Origin: the human T2T-CHM13v2.0 reference genome, Homo sapiens
DNA length: 64,000 nucleotides
Direction: 5' to 3' (one strand)
Assembly (NCBI RefSeq): GCF_009914755.1
Contig: NC_060943.1
Shown here: positions 56,742 through 64,000 of the stretch, piece by piece
Layout: each line of letters starts with the position of its first letter
Position numbering within the stretch: position 1 is the stretch's first letter
Made by a program: the position numbers and the translations under genes
The notes under the pieces: generated by a model
Databases searched by the model: none
Told to the model about the DNA's origin: nothing
What the model saw: the letters and a program-made list of their open reading frames with translations, nothing else

Positions 56742-57264
56742 TAGCTGGGATTACAGGCGCCCGACATCACACCTGGCTAATTTCTGTATTTTATTCGACA
56801 CGAGATTTCGCCATGTTGACTAGGCTGGTCTCGAACTCCTGACCTCAGGTGATCTGCCCGCCTTGGCCTCCCAAAGTGCTGGGATTACAGGCATGAGCCA
56901 TTGCACACGGCCTTTATTTTTATTTATTTATTTTTTAATTAAGAAACAAGGCGGGCATGGTGGCTCATGCCTGTAATTCCAGCATTTTGGGAGGGCGATA
57001 CAGCTGGATCGCTTGAGCCCTGGAGTTGGAGACCAGCCTGAGCAACAAGGCAAAAGCCCGTCTCTACCAAGTACACAAAAATTAGCGCGGTGTGGTGGCG
57101 CGCGGCTGTGGTCCCAGCTACTCTGCAGGCTGAGGTGACAGGATCGCTTGAGCATAGGATGTTGATGATGCAGTGAGCTGTGATCCTGTCACCGCTCTCC
57201 CGCCTGGGCAACAGAGTGAGACCCCATCTCCAATAAAAAAGAATAAAAAAGAAATACCTGGGTC

Positions 57265-57680
57265 CTGGGTCTGGGGGCAGCGAATCTAAGGCCAATTAAG
57301 GCAAACTTTCTAAAACTAGACAAAAAGGAAAAACCCCATCTCCCCATCCGGAGTAACAAAGGATCAAAGGCCGCTCTCCCTACCGCCCTCCTCCTTCCAC
57401 CACGTCTCAGAAAGGGAAAGAGCCCAGGAGTGGCCATGGCCAAGCACCGGCCACACCTTCATCTGCATAGGGCACCCATCTGCTCCGGCCTCGGGCCAAT
57501 TCACCTCAGCATTTCGTTGGCCAAGGGCCAAAAATCCTTCATCCAGATAAGGGGTAGCCCATAGGGACCTCAAAATAAATACTTTAACCCCCTAAAACTT
57601 TCTAAACGGGTCCCCGGAGACGCTGGCTCGGGCCCACTCCCCTCTGTGGAGTGCTTTCTTGATTGCATATATTCGTTTTC
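57265..57680 (+). mobile_element. MER51-family LTR in ZNF320 intron 1
   Basis: 'gggtctgggggcagcgaatctaaggcca…aaaggaaaaacccc…gtaacaaaggatcaaagg' and 'gggcccactccc…tgtggagtgctttc' MER51-type motifs. Confidence 0.65.
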
Positions 57681-57699
57681 CAGGAGTTGGAACTAGGTA

Positions 57700-58480
57700 G
57701 CAACACCGCACAAGGAGGGAGGTGGGGAGCGACGGAGCCTTCGGACAGGGGTGGCGTCTGCAGGATCTTAGGACCAGGCAGAGGACGCGGCCTCCCGGGA
57801 ACCGGGGTTGAGGCGCGGCGCTCCTGAAGCCGCCGAGAGCGACGGTGGGAGGCGCCTAGGGCTGGAATCCAGCTCGCGGGTGAGGACTTGAAACAGCGCG
57901 AGGCGGGAGGACAGGTCAGGAAGGGTTTTGAGAAGGAAAATTCCGCGATAGGAGGTGTCTGCACGACCCCACTGCAGAAAGACCGAGGACGGGACCTGCC
58001 TCAGGGCCACTTTAAACTCGAAGGGACTCACGGACTCTCACCCGGACGTCTCAATTTGCTCTGGGTTGAGAAAGAGGGGCCGCAATTTCCAGGTCTGTGG
58101 GGACTCAACGTCCCCGGTATAGCAGCACCACAGGACTGGGAAGCACACATAAAACAGAGCGAAACTCACGCGCTGTGGTGTGACCTTCAGTCCCTGCCAT
58201 CCGCTTCCGGGTCTATGCCAATCAGCGCAGGACAGAGGCCAGGCCTGGGCGGGACCCCCGAGAAGGTAGGCGGGGCCTGGACTAGGCCGGGATGAGACGC
58301 GAAGAGGTGGGCGGGGCCTGAACAAGGCCGGGGCGGGGTTGAGAAACAAGGGGCCTGGCTGGGAGAAGAGTCCTGGGCTATGAGGGGTCGGCGGGGGCGA
58401 GAAGCGGGTGGGTCCTGAGCTTTCCTCCATCTCGCTCTCTGCGCCTTTTTTCCAGGTTTTGGAGGCGAAAGCCGCCAGTG
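57700..58480 (-). promoter_or_regulatory. ZNF320: ZNF320 CpG-island promoter and non-coding exon 1 (donor at 58170)
   Basis: CpG-rich; AGCGC|gtgagt donor; ETS motif ACCCGGAAGCGG at 58201-58212; CCAAT at 58218-58222; several GC boxes at 58246-58340; homologous to the ZNF468 promoter. Confidence 0.8.
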
Positions 58481-59046
58481 AGGCTGGAGCAGCTCAGCAG
58501 TCATTGAAATAGTACCTCCCTGAGAAGTCAACGTGAGGCGGTCATTGGACCCAGGAAAGTTCCTTGCTATTGAAATTAATTTTAGCAATTTATGTCCAAA
58601 ATCTGGAAGTTGTCAAGGGAAGGAATGCAAACTAGAATGCGAAATACAAAGCTCTGCCTCAGCGAAACCTCCAATTTCCTGCTGACGGCCCACAGAACAG
58701 AATAGCAAATCCTCTCCCTTTCTATTTTCCATTCACTGGGGTGGGAGAATCCACCCTGTGCTCAGCTCCAGAGACTTCCTCAGGGCCACCGCCTGGGGTG
58801 CGGAGCGGAGGCCTCAGGCCAGGGAGGAGTGAGGTCACCACCTCCTGCTTAAACACAGCAGGGATGTGGGCGAGGTGGCGAGTCTGGGGTCCCGGCTACT
58901 CAGGAAGCAGGAGCCGCAAGACCGCTGAGCCCGGAGGTCCAGGCCAGCGTGGGCGACAAAGTAAGACCCTCTACCCCAGAGCTCCTTCCTCCGCCTCAAT
59001 AAGAAAAAAAGGGATTTTTAAAAAAAGCATTGACATTGTAACAGTG

Positions 59047-59519
59047 TGTAGCAGGGCTAGCGGCAGACAAAACTTCTCAGACACTGAGTTGTAGAAGGAA
59101 GGGCTTTATTCAGCTGGGAGCGTCGGCAATCTACTGCCTTGAAATCCGAGCTCCCTGAATGCACAATTTCTGTCCTTTTTAAGGGTTCACAACACTAAAG
59201 ATTTCACATGAAAGGGTCGTGATTGATTTGAGCGAGCAGGCGGTACGTGACAGGGGATGCATGCACCGGTGGTCAGAGAGAAACAGAACAGAGCGGGGAG
59301 TTTTACAATGTTCTTCTATACAATGTCTGGAATCTATGAATAACATTGGGTTCTAAGCCATAAGTTGATTTTTAACTACTGGGTTTAGGCCAGGCAGGCC
59401 CAGGCCTGGTTTCGGGCCTGGCCCCGGGGCTGCCTGTCTTTGGTTTTACTTTCTTGTTGTTCTTTCTTAAAACAGGTACTGAGTATAAAACAATATGAGA
59501 GGGTCTCTGTCTTCCTTTA
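59047..59519 (-). mobile_element. LTR2B-like 3' LTR of a Harlequin/HERV-E provirus
   Basis: Ends …TTTTGTCTGCCGCTAGCCCTGCTACA; AATAAA at 59105-59110; TATA-like CCCTTAAAA at ~59177-59185; purine tract immediately 5'. Confidence 0.85.

Positions 59520-64000
<4,481 letters not shown>

Overview
Primate (almost certainly human) DNA from a KRAB-C2H2 zinc-finger gene cluster; the two intact genes read as ZNF468 and ZNF320 (19q13.41). All genes are on the minus strand. ZNF468 has CDS exons 14555-14569, 9384-9510 and 1021-2447 (522 aa) and a CpG-island promoter near 17.9 kb. ZNF320 has CDS exons 50761-50775, 48342-48468 and 40802-42189 (509 aa) and a promoter near 58.2 kb. Between them is a third, broken paralog: an intact ATG exon (34200-34280), an intact KRAB-A exon (24344-24470) and a 5'-deleted, degenerate finger exon (~22.0-23.2 kb), with no promoter of its own. 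The rest is dense Alu, two HERV-K(HML-2) LTR5 solo LTRs, MER4/MER51/MaLR LTRs, L1/L2 relics, an HSMAR2 fragment, an RPL39 retrocopy, a ~700-bp AT-rich minisatellite, and the 3' 5 kb of an LTR2B/Harlequin-HERV-E provirus with G-to-A hypermutation. No prokaryotic-type system is present. The most interesting signals are (1) a predicted ZNF320 read-through splice path into the headless paralog giving a KRAB-only protein, (2) the APOBEC3-like edited provirus beside the ZNF320 promoter, (3) a templated copy of a KRAB exon end inside a (TA)n tract, and (4) finger-array remodelling (double stop, in-frame deletion, shared dead fingers). Gene and repeat names come from recognition, not from database searches.
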